A stretch of DNA of 64,000 nt from an uncultured Methanosarcinales archaeon (GCA_964501945.1 CAZCTY010000002.1:2541-66540); one strand, 5' to 3'; numbered from the stretch's first letter, positions 22,708 through 32,170 are shown. Notes: generated by a model from the letters alone, not told the origin. Numbers and translations: made by a program.

Positions 22708-24882
22708 TTAAGATGCATATTTTTTAACAATGCTTAAGATATCTTCTCCGTACTTAGAAACTTTTTGCTCGCCAAGACCCTTAATACTTAAAAGCTCACT
22801 ATTAGATAAAGGAACAAACTCAGATATTGCATAAATTGCAGAATCATGAATAATAGTAAATGGAGGCAGAGAATTTTTTTTAGCCAAATCCCGACGCCAA
22901 TTTTTTAATTCTTCAATTAATAATAATTTTGATTTAGAATCTATACGCGACTCATCAACCGTTTTATTTTCGCTATCAACCAATAAATCTTTTTTACCAT
23001 TACTTGAAAACATAAATGAAGCGCTACGCTTTTTAACATAGCCTTTCTCAGCGAGCCGCCTCATATCAGCAGAAATAAAATAAGTAGGATTCCTGCCAGA
23101 ATAAGTCATGACTAATTTATCCATCGCGCGACTAACAGCGACATAAAACAAGCGACGCTCCTCCTCTTCTTTATCATAATCTTGAATCTTTATCAATTCA
23201 GTTACAGGATGCTCGCTAGTCTTGCATGGAAAATTCATAGAATTACAACCAGTAACAAAAACAAGCTTTGCCTCAAGGCCTTTAATCGCGTGAACAGTTG
23301 CAAGAGTAACCTCGCCACGCTTTGCCTCAACTTTTTTAATCCTATCCTCAGTTTTAACAACGTGAGGAATATCGTTTTGCTTGAGTAAATTAGAAAATTC
23401 GTTTAACGCTTTATTAGTCCTTGCAAGAACAAATATATCATCCCTTAAAACATCAGTTCCAAGAATTGATTGAAGAACAAATAAACGCTCCTCTTGCTCA
23501 GATTTAAATTTTAAAAGTTTTAAAAAACCCTCATCTTGATTTACAGGCTCCAAATCAGGCATGTTAAGCTTTTTTATAGCCAAATTCATAAAGTCAACAA
23601 TTAATTTTTTAGAACGATAATTCTTAGTTAAAAAAATAACCTCACAACTAGGATGTTGCTGCTCAAATTCCATTATAAATTTTATATCAGAACCTCTCCA
23701 ACCAAAAATAGATTGACGAGGATCACCAACACAAAACAAGTTTTTAACATCTAAAACATTAACTAAATCAATCTGAGAAGAATTAACATCTTGATATTCA
23801 TCAATTAGAATATGATCAAATTCAGGAACCATAGAAGGATTATTTTTGAAAAATTTTAAAGCATCAAGCAATTGATCAGAAAAATCACGAAGACCACGCT
23901 CTTGCATGTATTCTTCAAGCGCCAAGCAAGTCTTATAAACAAGCCTCGCCCCACGCATAAAACTAGGACTCGCATCCTTAGTAAAATCTTCAAGACCACC
24001 TTGAGCCTTGAATGTATCAAGAACTAAAAAACAATCATTCATAAAAATAGCTGCGAGTTGCTCATCAGTTTTACCACGCCTCTGAGAGTGAGAAAAATAA
24101 GTATCAATAGCATCCCTCAAATCCAAACCTTGCTCTTCAAGCGCCCTTTTAATACCAATTATTTTATCCTTATAACGCATAACTCTAACAGGGCGATCAT
24201 AAATTTCATCATTGTGAATACGCAAAGTCTTCTCACAAAAAGAATTAAAAGTCTCAACGCGAGCATTAAAAATACCTGCTTGCTCTAAACGATTAATCAT
24301 TTCCTTTCTAGCCTTACGAGTAAAAGTAATAGCCAATATCTTAGACGGATTTACACCTTTATACCTAATTAAAAACTCCGCCCTCTTAGTTAAAACACGC
24401 GTCTTACCAGAACCCGCGCCAGCAACACATACAACTTTATTTGCAGGAGTTACAACAGCTTTTTTTTGCTCATCATTCAACCCAGTTAAAAAGAAATCAA
24501 AATTTTTAAAAAGCTCTTTTTCATCAAGAGAAATACTCGTTTCCTGATTGAATTTGAACCCAAGCTTACGCTTAAAAAAAGAAGGTTTTTTTAATTCATC
24601 AAAACCTTTCCTTGAAAGTCTTAAAACCTTCGCATATTTATTTATAGTGCTAAAAGATTCTTGCTCAATAAAACCATTCCTAATTAAAGAATCAATAACC
24701 GCGTTAAGCTCGTCTTTAGAGTATGCAAGCTCGCCAAAACAATTAAGTTCGTGAAGCTTATTACGCTCAATTGAAGGATTGTTAATATCACCTAATAACA
24801 TATCTGATAAAAGATTTTTACCAACATTGAAAGGAACTTCTGTTAAAGCTTTTAAAACAACCAAATAATCTTTCTCATCCAT
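22708..24882 (-). CDS. UvrD/PcrA/Rep-type SF1 helicase with an N-terminal RQC-like winged helix and a C-terminal HRDC domain
   Basis: Walker A VAGAGSGKTRVL, ILIDEYQDVN, VGDPRQSIFGWRG and TVHAIKGLE. The N-terminus LKALTEVPFNVGKNLLSDMLLGD...FGELAYSKDELNAVIDSLIRNGFIE is RQC-like. The C-terminus LKNWRRDLAKKNSLPPFTIIHDSAIYAISEFVPLSNSELLSIKGLGEQKVSKYGEDIL is HRDC-like. Confidence 0.85.
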   Translation of the reverse strand: MDEKDYLVVLKALTEVPFNVGKNLLSDMLLGDINNPSIERNKLHELNCFGELAYSKDELNAVIDSLIRNGFIEQESFSTINKYAKVLRLSRKGFDELKKPSFFKRKLGFKFNQETSISLDEKELFKNFDFFLTGLNDEQKKAVVTPANKVVCVAGAGSGKTRVLTKRAEFLIRYKGVNPSKILAITFTRKARKEMINRLEQAGIFNARVETFNSFCEKTLRIHNDEIYDRPVRVMRYKDKIIGIKRALEEQGLDLRDAIDTYFSHSQRRGKTDEQLAAIFMNDCFLVLDTFKAQGGLEDFTKDASPSFMRGARLVYKTCLALEEYMQERGLRDFSDQLLDALKFFKNNPSMVPEFDHILIDEYQDVNSSQIDLVNVLDVKNLFCVGDPRQSIFGWRGSDIKFIMEFEQQHPSCEVIFLTKNYRSKKLIVDFMNLAIKKLNMPDLEPVNQDEGFLKLLKFKSEQEERLFVLQSILGTDVLRDDIFVLARTNKALNEFSNLLKQNDIPHVVKTEDRIKKVEAKRGEVTLATVHAIKGLEAKLVFVTGCNSMNFPCKTSEHPVTELIKIQDYDKEEEERRLFYVAVSRAMDKLVMTYSGRNPTYFISADMRRLAEKGYVKKRSASFMFSSNGKKDLLVDSENKTVDESRIDSKSKLLLIEELKNWRRDLAKKNSLPPFTIIHDSAIYAISEFVPLSNSELLSIKGLGEQKVSKYGEDILSIVKKYAS

Positions 24883-25044
24883 AAAAAAAACCTTTCATCA
24901 CAGTAAAAAAAACTTAAATAAAAAAATTTCTAAAACACAAATTAATAACACTTAAGTTTTTATTATATACGAAAAATAAAAAATATTTATAAGCGTTACC
25001 AATAAATGACCAGTGAAAAAAAATAAGAAAAAAAAGTTTTAAAA

Positions 25045-28000
25045 TTAAGAGCACCCAGTAGTATTACCACAATCCTCACAGACAGCGCAACTACCACTTC
25101 TCTTTAATTTCATCGAGCCACAACTAGTACACTGCTCGCCTGTATACCCTTTAGATTTAGCTTCATAAACATCAGCCTCTTTACCAGATATACGAAGCTG
25201 TTTTTCTTTAGGCCCTTCTTTTTCAGGCTCTTCCTTAGTATCAGATGCTTCCATTGTTTTTACATGAACAAAGTCCTTACGCCCAAGGTACTCATACCCA
25301 AGAGTCCTAAATACATAGTCAAGAATCGAAGTGGCATTTTTAATTACAGGATGCCCAATAACCATACCTGCGGGCTCAAACCTTGTAAATGTGAATGAGT
25401 CCACAAATTCTTCTAAAGGCACACCATATTGCAAGCCCTTAGATATAGCCACAGCGAAACAATTCAACAAAGCACCATAAGAGGCACCTTCTTTGTATGT
25501 GTCAAGGAAAATCTCCCCCAACGAACCATCCTCATACTCGCCAGTTCTAAGGAAAACCTTTTGACCGCCAACATTTGCCTCTTGAACAAAACCCTTACGC
25601 TTTGCAGGCATCTTCTTTTGGCTCATCTTATAGACAACTTTTTCATGGATTTTTTTAGCATCCACAGATTCATCAACGTCATCAACTTGCTTTAACATTA
25701 AAAGCTCAGCATCTTCTTGAGAAGTAGAACTCAAAGGCTGACTAAGCTTACAACCATCCCTATACAAAGCGACAGCTTTAACCATTAACTTCCATGCATC
25801 TTTATGAGCTTTAGCAACATCACTAATGCTCGCAGTTTTATCCATGTTAATAGTTTTACTAATAGCTCCTGAGATATAAGGTTGAACTGCAGCCATCATC
25901 TGAATGTGCCCAGAGTAATCAATTAAACGAGTACCAAGCTTGCCACATTTATTAGCACAATCAAAAACAAATACGTGCTCTTCTTTTAAGCCAGGCGCTC
26001 CCTCAACAGTCATAGTACCACAAACATATTCCTCAGCTTTTTCAATATCCCTTTTAGAAAAACCAAGCGCCTCTAAAACATTAAGATCAGGCTTTCCTAT
26101 TTGCTCCTCAGTAAAACCTAGCTCTTTTAAAACATCATCACCAAGAGTCCACTTAGTAAATGCATATTTTAATTCAAACACAGTTTTTAACTGAGACTCA
26201 ACTTTTTGAATAGCAACATCAGTAAAACCTTTTTCTTTTAAATCCTCATGATTAATACCAGGTGCGTCTTTTAAAGTACCCGCGCCAACACAGTATTTGA
26301 CAATCTTATCAATTTCCTCATTAGAATAACCTAAAACTTCTAAAGCACTAGGAACAGACTGATTTACAATCTTAAAGTAACCGCCACCAGCGAGCTTTTT
26401 GAATTTGACTAAAGCAAAATCAGGCTCAACACCAGTAGTATCACAATCCATAACTAAACCAATAGTACCAGTCGGAGCAATAACAGTTACTTGAGCATTC
26501 CTAAAACCATACTCCTCACCCCAAGATAAAGCATCATCCCACGCAGAACGAGCATGACGCACCATGTACTCAGGACAATTATCAACACCCAAACCAACAG
26601 GCTTAATCGTCAAACCCTCATACTCAGACGGCTTAGCATTATGAGCTGCGCGCCTATGATTCCTAATTACTTTAAGCATATCTTCTTTATTTTCATCAAA
26701 TCTCTCAAAAGGACCTTTAGCTCGAGCCAACTCAGCAGAAGTAGTATAACTTTGACCACCCATAATAGCAGTAATTGAAGCAGCAAAGCTCCTACCTTGA
26801 GGACTATCATACGGAAGACCCATCCTCATAAGTAAAGCGCCAATATTAGCATAACCTAAACCAAGCGTCCTATACAAATAACTGTTTTTAGCAATTTCTT
26901 TACTTGGAAATTGAGCCATTAAAACAGAAATTTCAAGAACCGTAGTCCAAAGACGAACACCATGCTTGAATTTATCAACATCAAACATTTTAGTGCCATT
27001 ATCAAAGAACTTAACTAAATTAAAACTAGCCAAATTACAAGCAGTATCATCTAAAAACATATACTCCGAGCAAGGATTACTAGCATTAATCCTACCATCA
27101 TTTGGACAAGTATGCCATTCATTAATTGTGTCATCAAATTGAACACCAGGATCCGCACTCATCCAAGATGAGTAATTAATTTTATCCCAAAGCTCAGATG
27201 CTTTTAGAGTTTTATGAACTTTACCGTCAGTCCTTCTAGTTAAGTGCCAATCTTCTTCTTTGTGAAGAGTTTCAAAGAACTTATTTGGAATCCTAACAGA
27301 GTTATTACTATTTTGACCTGCAACAGTTAGATAAGCTTCAGATTCATAATTAGAATCCATAACAACGAAATCAATTTCTTTTTTACCCTGCCTGACAAGC
27401 ATTAATGCTCGCTGAACATAGTTAATAGGAACTTCATCATCAAGAGCTTTTTTTACAGCTTTCCTCAACGCAATATTTTCTTTTAAGTTAACAGATTTTT
27501 TCTCATGAGCAATCCTCATTATGTTATTTAAGTGCTTGCTTGATGTAATGCTACCTTGAACAAGAGATGCAACTTTTTGCTCCTCCCTCATCTTCCACTC
27601 AATAAAATCTTCAATTTCAGGATGATCAAGATCTAAACAAACCATTTTAGCAGCGCGCCTAGTAGTACCACCAGATTTTATCGCGCCAGCCGCCCTATCA
27701 AAAACAGTTAGAAAAGACATCAACCCAGAAGATTTTCCACCACCAGATAAGTGCTCACCACGACCCCTAATAGATGAGAAATTAGTACCAGTACCCGAAC
27801 CATACTTAAATAAACGAACTTCTCTTGTAATCAAATCAAATAACCCACCTTCATTAACTAAATCATCCCTAATAGATTGAATGAAACAAGCATGAGGCTG
27901 AGGCCTACTATAAGCATCCTGAGATTGTTTTACCTCTCCTGAATCAGGCTCAACATAGTAATGACCTTGAGATTCACCTTTAATACCATATGCAGTAAAT

Positions 28001-28512
28001 AAACCAGTGTTAAACCACTGAGGACTATTAGGAGCACACATCTGATTTAAAATCATAAAAGCAAGTTCATCATAAAAAGTAGCAGCATCCTCCTCTGATT
28101 TAAAGTAGCCGTAACGAACACCCCAATCAGTCCAACAACCAGCTAATCTATGAGCGACTTGCTTAACGCTCCTCTCAGAACCAAATACTATATTACCTTC
28201 TTTATCAACAGCAACATCTCCATTTTCATCAAGCTGAGGAACACCTTTTTTTCTAAGATACTTTTGAGCAAGAATATCAGTTGCCATCTGACTCCAAGAA
28301 GACGGAACTTCAATTTTTTTTATTTCATAAACAACAGAACCATCACTGTTTCTAATAACAGAATCCCTATAAGTATATTCAAACATTTCATAAACAGACT
28401 TCCCTGGCTTTGTAAAAAGCCTTTTAACACTAAGCCCTTTTTCATAATATTTAGCATTTGTTATCTTATCTACAAACTCATCACCCAACACATCATATTT
28501 TTTCTCACTCAT
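25045..28512 (-). CDS. nrdJ: class II (adenosylcobalamin-dependent) ribonucleotide reductase
   Basis: 1155 aa. Motifs GSGTGTNFSSIRGRGEHLSGGGKSSGLMSF and NPCSEYMFLDDTACNLAS, plus a C-terminal Cys-rich tail CTSCGS..CAVCEDCGNTTGCS. Confidence 0.9.
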   Translation of the reverse strand: MSEKKYDVLGDEFVDKITNAKYYEKGLSVKRLFTKPGKSVYEMFEYTYRDSVIRNSDGSVVYEIKKIEVPSSWSQMATDILAQKYLRKKGVPQLDENGDVAVDKEGNIVFGSERSVKQVAHRLAGCWTDWGVRYGYFKSEEDAATFYDELAFMILNQMCAPNSPQWFNTGLFTAYGIKGESQGHYYVEPDSGEVKQSQDAYSRPQPHACFIQSIRDDLVNEGGLFDLITREVRLFKYGSGTGTNFSSIRGRGEHLSGGGKSSGLMSFLTVFDRAAGAIKSGGTTRRAAKMVCLDLDHPEIEDFIEWKMREEQKVASLVQGSITSSKHLNNIMRIAHEKKSVNLKENIALRKAVKKALDDEVPINYVQRALMLVRQGKKEIDFVVMDSNYESEAYLTVAGQNSNNSVRIPNKFFETLHKEEDWHLTRRTDGKVHKTLKASELWDKINYSSWMSADPGVQFDDTINEWHTCPNDGRINASNPCSEYMFLDDTACNLASFNLVKFFDNGTKMFDVDKFKHGVRLWTTVLEISVLMAQFPSKEIAKNSYLYRTLGLGYANIGALLMRMGLPYDSPQGRSFAASITAIMGGQSYTTSAELARAKGPFERFDENKEDMLKVIRNHRRAAHNAKPSEYEGLTIKPVGLGVDNCPEYMVRHARSAWDDALSWGEEYGFRNAQVTVIAPTGTIGLVMDCDTTGVEPDFALVKFKKLAGGGYFKIVNQSVPSALEVLGYSNEEIDKIVKYCVGAGTLKDAPGINHEDLKEKGFTDVAIQKVESQLKTVFELKYAFTKWTLGDDVLKELGFTEEQIGKPDLNVLEALGFSKRDIEKAEEYVCGTMTVEGAPGLKEEHVFVFDCANKCGKLGTRLIDYSGHIQMMAAVQPYISGAISKTINMDKTASISDVAKAHKDAWKLMVKAVALYRDGCKLSQPLSSTSQEDAELLMLKQVDDVDESVDAKKIHEKVVYKMSQKKMPAKRKGFVQEANVGGQKVFLRTGEYEDGSLGEIFLDTYKEGASYGALLNCFAVAISKGLQYGVPLEEFVDSFTFTRFEPAGMVIGHPVIKNATSILDYVFRTLGYEYLGRKDFVHVKTMEASDTKEEPEKEGPKEKQLRISGKEADVYEAKSKGYTGEQCTSCGSMKLKRSGSCAVCEDCGNTTGCS

Positions 28513-28527
28513 TCTTTATACACCCTC

Positions 28528-28980
28528 TCATTGTTTAGTTTCGAATTTTTCTAATTCTTTTTTAAAAGACTCTATGTCTTGAAAATCGTTATACACCGAA
28601 GCAAATCTTATATAAGATACCTGATCAAGTTTTTTTAATTGCCTCAAAATCATTTTACCAATGTTTTTAGTTTTTATCTCCCGCTCATCACTGCTACGCA
28701 TCTTAGCTTCCACTTTTGAGACAATTTTTTCAATATCTTCCTCAGATACAGGCCTTTTTTGACACGCGGTTTGAATTGATTTTATAACTTTTTGCCTATC
28801 AAAAATTTCGCGTGTACCATCCTTTTTTAAAATCCTTATGTTCACCATCTCAATTTGCTCATACGTGGTAAATCTTCGCTCACACTTTAAACACTGACGC
28901 CTCCTTCTTGTAATATCTTCTTCAGTCTCCCTTGTCTCAAGGACTTTAGTTTCTGGAAAGCTACAATAAGGACATTTCAA
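28528..28980 (-). CDS. nrdR: NrdR transcriptional repressor (Zn ribbon plus ATP-cone)
   Basis: (L/M)KCPYCSFPETKVLETRE..RRRRQCLKCERRFTTYE followed by an ATP-cone. I place the start at TTG 28978-28980, which has GGTGG 7 nt upstream. The track ORF extends to ATG 29025, which would add an implausible hydrophobic leader. The gene ends 15 nt upstream of nrdJ. Confidence 0.85.
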   Translation of the reverse strand: MKCPYCSFPETKVLETRETEEDITRRRRQCLKCERRFTTYEQIEMVNIRILKKDGTREIFDRQKVIKSIQTACQKRPVSEEDIEKIVSKVEAKMRSSDEREIKTKNIGKMILRQLKKLDQVSYIRFASVYNDFQDIESFKKELEKFETKQ

Positions 28981-29021
28981 TATAAGACCACCTCGAATCA
29001 CAAAAAATAAAAAAACAAAAT

Positions 29022-29037
29022 TCACTAAATACAGGTA
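29022..29037. promoter_or_regulatory. NrdR box (proximal, degenerate)
   Basis: TCACTAAATACAGGTA matches about 10 of 16 consensus positions. Its centre is 31 bp from the distal box, which is the spacing typical of tandem NrdR boxes. Confidence 0.45.
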
Positions 29038-29052
29038 AAAACAACTCTAAAA

Positions 29053-29068
29053 ACACTACCCCTAGTGT
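29053..29068. promoter_or_regulatory. NrdR box (distal)
   Basis: ACACTACCCCTAGTGT has perfect 6-nt palindromic arms. By my count it matches 12 of 16 positions of the published consensus acaCwAtATaTwGtgt. Confidence 0.65.
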
Positions 29069-29281
29069 TTTATCATGTTTCTTAGATTCTTTATAAATTT
29101 ATCTATTCTCATACATTATTTTTATTAAAATGTCATTTTTTCATACATATTAAATGATATGCTTTAAAGTGCTATTATTAAATTAAAAAGACGAAAAAAC
29201 AAACAAAATTAATAAAACATTTAAATACTAGTTTTAATTACTAGTAGCAGAAAACCAAAAAAATGAAGGTTTTCCTGTGGG

Positions 29282-29602
29282 GTGAACGCAGTGGATGAAA
29301 ACATAGAATTAGGGGGGAAGATATTCCTTTCAGGTTTTAAGAACCTTAGAAGAGACGAATTAATAATAGCAAAGAAGCTAATAGGAAGCTATGCAAGAAA
29401 GTTTAGTGACGGATTAGAAAACTACGAGTCTTTAAATCTGCATTTAAAACCAATTCATAACCCAGACTCAGATAAATACGAACTACACGCAAAACTAATG
29501 TATGGTGGCAAGATGGCAAATAGCGAAGTAACAGACCACAACATATTCATATGCGTGGATTCAGCACTTAAAAAAATAGAAGAACAAGCATTAAAACAAT
29601 AA
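29282..29602 (+). CDS. HPF/RaiA/YfiA-like (ribosomal S30Ae family) protein, GTG start
   Basis: 106 aa. HAKLMYGGKMANSEVTDHNIFICVDSALKKIEEQ aligns by eye with E. coli HPF DATLHVNGGEIHASAEGQDMYAAIDGLIDKLARQ. Overall length and beta-alpha-beta3-alpha layout fit. Confidence 0.5.
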   Translation: MNAVDENIELGGKIFLSGFKNLRRDELIIAKKLIGSYARKFSDGLENYESLNLHLKPIHNPDSDKYELHAKLMYGGKMANSEVTDHNIFICVDSALKKIEEQALKQ

Positions 29603-29628
29603 AAAAAAGTGCAAAAAAAATTTTTTGA

Positions 29629-31740
29629 TTATTTTATTTTTCCTTTTAAATTCTTATCAACAATTATATTCGCGCCAACAAGTTTTCTGCCCTCAGCGCT
29701 AACACCTAAATCATCAGCGATTAAATCAAAGCTAAAAAAATCATCAATAGAAATCTCATCATCGCAAGGCTCAACACCCTCAAATTTTAAAACCTGACCT
29801 GGTTTAGCATCAGGAGCTAGCAATAAACCAACTTTTTTACCCTGAGAGACTGCAAGCAACATACCCTCACTTTTAACACCGCGAAGCTTTACAGGCTTTA
29901 AGTTAGTTACAATAATTATTTTTTTACCAACCAATTCCTCTGCCTCGTATTGCCCCGCCAAACCAGAAACAATAGTCCTCTCCTCACCGCCAAGATTTAT
30001 TTTTTCAATAAATAATTTATCAGCATCAGGATGCTTTTCAACAGAAGTTATTTCTGCAACTTTTAATAAAGGCTTTTTCAATGAATCAACATCAGCCTTT
30101 ACTTCTTGCGCGCCAGAATATTTACTCTTTAAACCATTAACAATGTCATCATCAAGCTTAGAAAATAAAGGCTTCGTTTTACCTATATTATGCTTTTCAA
30201 TTTTAACAGATAAATCAGAGAAAGAATTATAATTAACATTTAACTGTTTTAATATGTCCTTTGATATTGACGGCATCACAGGCGAGATTAATAAAGCCAA
30301 ATCTTTAATAACATTTACGAGAACAGCCAAATCGCTTTTTGCAATCTCAGGATTTTCTTTAATCTTTTTCCATGGCTCATTTTCCTGAAAATAATGATTA
30401 GCTTTTTTAGATAAAGCCATAATCTCTTTTAACGCTCGCTTAAGCTCAATGTCATCATATAATTGAATAATTTTTTTAACATCTTCCCCATAATCCCACT
30501 CTTTTTTAATCTCACCAACAAAACCATCAGAGAATTTGTTTACAAACGTTAAAGTCCTATTTACAAGATTTCCTAAATTACCAACTAGTTCATTGTTAAG
30601 CTTGTCTTGAAAGTCCGTCCACGAAAAATTAGTATCAGTACGCTCAGGACGATTCATAATTATATAATACCTCCAAGCATCAGCGTTAATACCAACATCT
30701 TGAATGTTATCACCAAAAATACCAACACCCCTAGACTTAGAAAATTTCTTGTCCTCATAGTTCATATATTCATTAACATTTAAAGTATCAACTAATGTAA
30801 AATTATCCCTTGAACCAATCAAGGATGCAGGGAATAAAACTGAGTGAAAAGGAATGTTATCTTTACCCATGAATTGAACAAGCCTAACCTTGTCAGGATT
30901 CTTCCACCAATCCTGCCAATCTTGCCTTAAAGATTTAGCTATGGAAATATAACCAATAGGCGCATCAAACCAAACATAGAAAACTTTATCCTCAAAGCCC
31001 TTAAGCGGAACAGGAATCCCCCATTTTAAATCACGAGTAATCGCCCTCTCTTTCAAGCCTTCTTTGAGCCAAGCATTAGTAGTAGTTAAAGCATTCTCAG
31101 ACCAAGAATCTTTAACAATATCTAAATGAGATTCTAATAAAGGCTGAAGCTTATCAAGCCTTAAATACAAATGCTTAGTTTTTCTCAAAACAGGCACAGA
31201 ACCAGTAAGCTTCGATTTAGGATTAATTAAATCCAAAGGATCTAAAAGCTTACCACAAGAATCACACTGATCCCCACGAGCCTCATCGTACTTACAAAAA
31301 GGACACTTACCCTCAATGAACCTATCAGATAAAAATTTATCCGCATCAACATCAAAAAACTGCTCGATCTCCCTACTTACAATGAAATCATTATCAAATA
31401 ATTTTAAAAAAATCTCTTGAGTTAACTGAGTGCTCTCATCACAAGAAGTCCTACCAAAACAATCAAAACTACAATTAAACCACTCATAAATATCTTTATG
31501 AATTTTAAAGAAATGATCAGTAGCCTCTTTAGGAGACATACCCATCTTCATCGCAATAGTTTCAGTAGTCGTGCCATGCTCATCCGTGCCAAGAACAGAT
31601 AAAACATTTTTACCTTGAAGCCTTAAAAACCTAGTGTAAACATCCGCACTAATAATACAAACCATAGTACCAAGGTGCGGAATATTATTAACATAGGGCA
31701 AAGCACTAGTTACAAGTATTTTTTTATCTAATTTAACCAC
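29629..31740 (-). CDS. metG: methionyl-tRNA synthetase with a C-terminal Trbp111/EMAPII-like tRNA-binding domain
   Basis: ALPYVNNIPHLGTM (HIGH-type), KFSKSRG (KMSKS) and a CPFC..CDSC Zn knuckle. The C-terminus is VEKHPDADKLFIEKINLGGEERTIVSGL. Confidence 0.92.
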   Translation of the reverse strand: MVKLDKKILVTSALPYVNNIPHLGTMVCIISADVYTRFLRLQGKNVLSVLGTDEHGTTTETIAMKMGMSPKEATDHFFKIHKDIYEWFNCSFDCFGRTSCDESTQLTQEIFLKLFDNDFIVSREIEQFFDVDADKFLSDRFIEGKCPFCKYDEARGDQCDSCGKLLDPLDLINPKSKLTGSVPVLRKTKHLYLRLDKLQPLLESHLDIVKDSWSENALTTTNAWLKEGLKERAITRDLKWGIPVPLKGFEDKVFYVWFDAPIGYISIAKSLRQDWQDWWKNPDKVRLVQFMGKDNIPFHSVLFPASLIGSRDNFTLVDTLNVNEYMNYEDKKFSKSRGVGIFGDNIQDVGINADAWRYYIIMNRPERTDTNFSWTDFQDKLNNELVGNLGNLVNRTLTFVNKFSDGFVGEIKKEWDYGEDVKKIIQLYDDIELKRALKEIMALSKKANHYFQENEPWKKIKENPEIAKSDLAVLVNVIKDLALLISPVMPSISKDILKQLNVNYNSFSDLSVKIEKHNIGKTKPLFSKLDDDIVNGLKSKYSGAQEVKADVDSLKKPLLKVAEITSVEKHPDADKLFIEKINLGGEERTIVSGLAGQYEAEELVGKKIIIVTNLKPVKLRGVKSEGMLLAVSQGKKVGLLLAPDAKPGQVLKFEGVEPCDDEISIDDFFSFDLIADDLGVSAEGRKLVGANIIVDKNLKGKIK

Positions 31741-31741
31741 C

Positions 31742-32170
31742 TCAAATATTTTTAGGAACAGCTTTTTTGGATTTTTTCTTAGGCTCTTTCATCTTTTTAG
31801 TAATAGGAATTTTAACCCCGCAAGAACCACACTCAAAGACAAAAGATTTAACACCCATAAAAGTTTTTCTTTTATACGGAATTTTAGTTTTGCCCTCAAA
31901 GTTGCACGAACCACAAGTGTAATCAACACAAAGCTCTAATGAAGCCTCATACTCATCTGCAGGCACCTCATATGAACAAGAACCACAAACATATTCTTTA
32001 GCCCTAATTTTAGGCTTTTTAGTTTTAGGATCAACAGGCTTTGTCATCAACTCTTTTTTACATTTAGGACACAGCTCCCTAAACGCCCAAGCCATAACTC
32101 TACCCTCAGGAGTTTTCCTCCTACTAAAATAAACAAGTTCATCCATACTATCAGGTTCTCTCAATTCCAC
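31742..32170 (-). CDS. double zinc-ribbon protein, function unknown
   Basis: Four CxxC pairs (CPKC, CGSC, CGSC, CGSC) and a basic tail. Its stop lies 1 nt from the metG start. Confidence 0.5.
   Translation of the reverse strand: MELREPDSMDELVYFSRRKTPEGRVMAWAFRELCPKCKKELMTKPVDPKTKKPKIRAKEYVCGSCSYEVPADEYEASLELCVDYTCGSCNFEGKTKIPYKRKTFMGVKSFVFECGSCGVKIPITKKMKEPKKKSKKAVPKNI

Noticed and set aside
25045-28512. Intein in NrdJ (also considered for RpoA', RpoB', aIF5B and AlaRS)
   Set aside because: The proteins read colinearly through their conserved motifs, without an inserted block bounded by Cys/Ser...HN. Their lengths are normal for the families.
28981-29025. N-terminal extension MNFVFLFFVIRGGLI of the NrdR ORF
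   Set aside because: A hydrophobic leader is unknown in NrdR. The SD-preceded TTG at 28980 gives the canonical (M)KCPYC start, and the extension would overlap the proximal NrdR box.
29026-29281. Cobalamin riboswitch or other structured leader upstream of nrdR-nrdJ
   Set aside because: The region is very AT-rich apart from the NrdR palindrome. I could not see the conserved B12-box or extended pairing.
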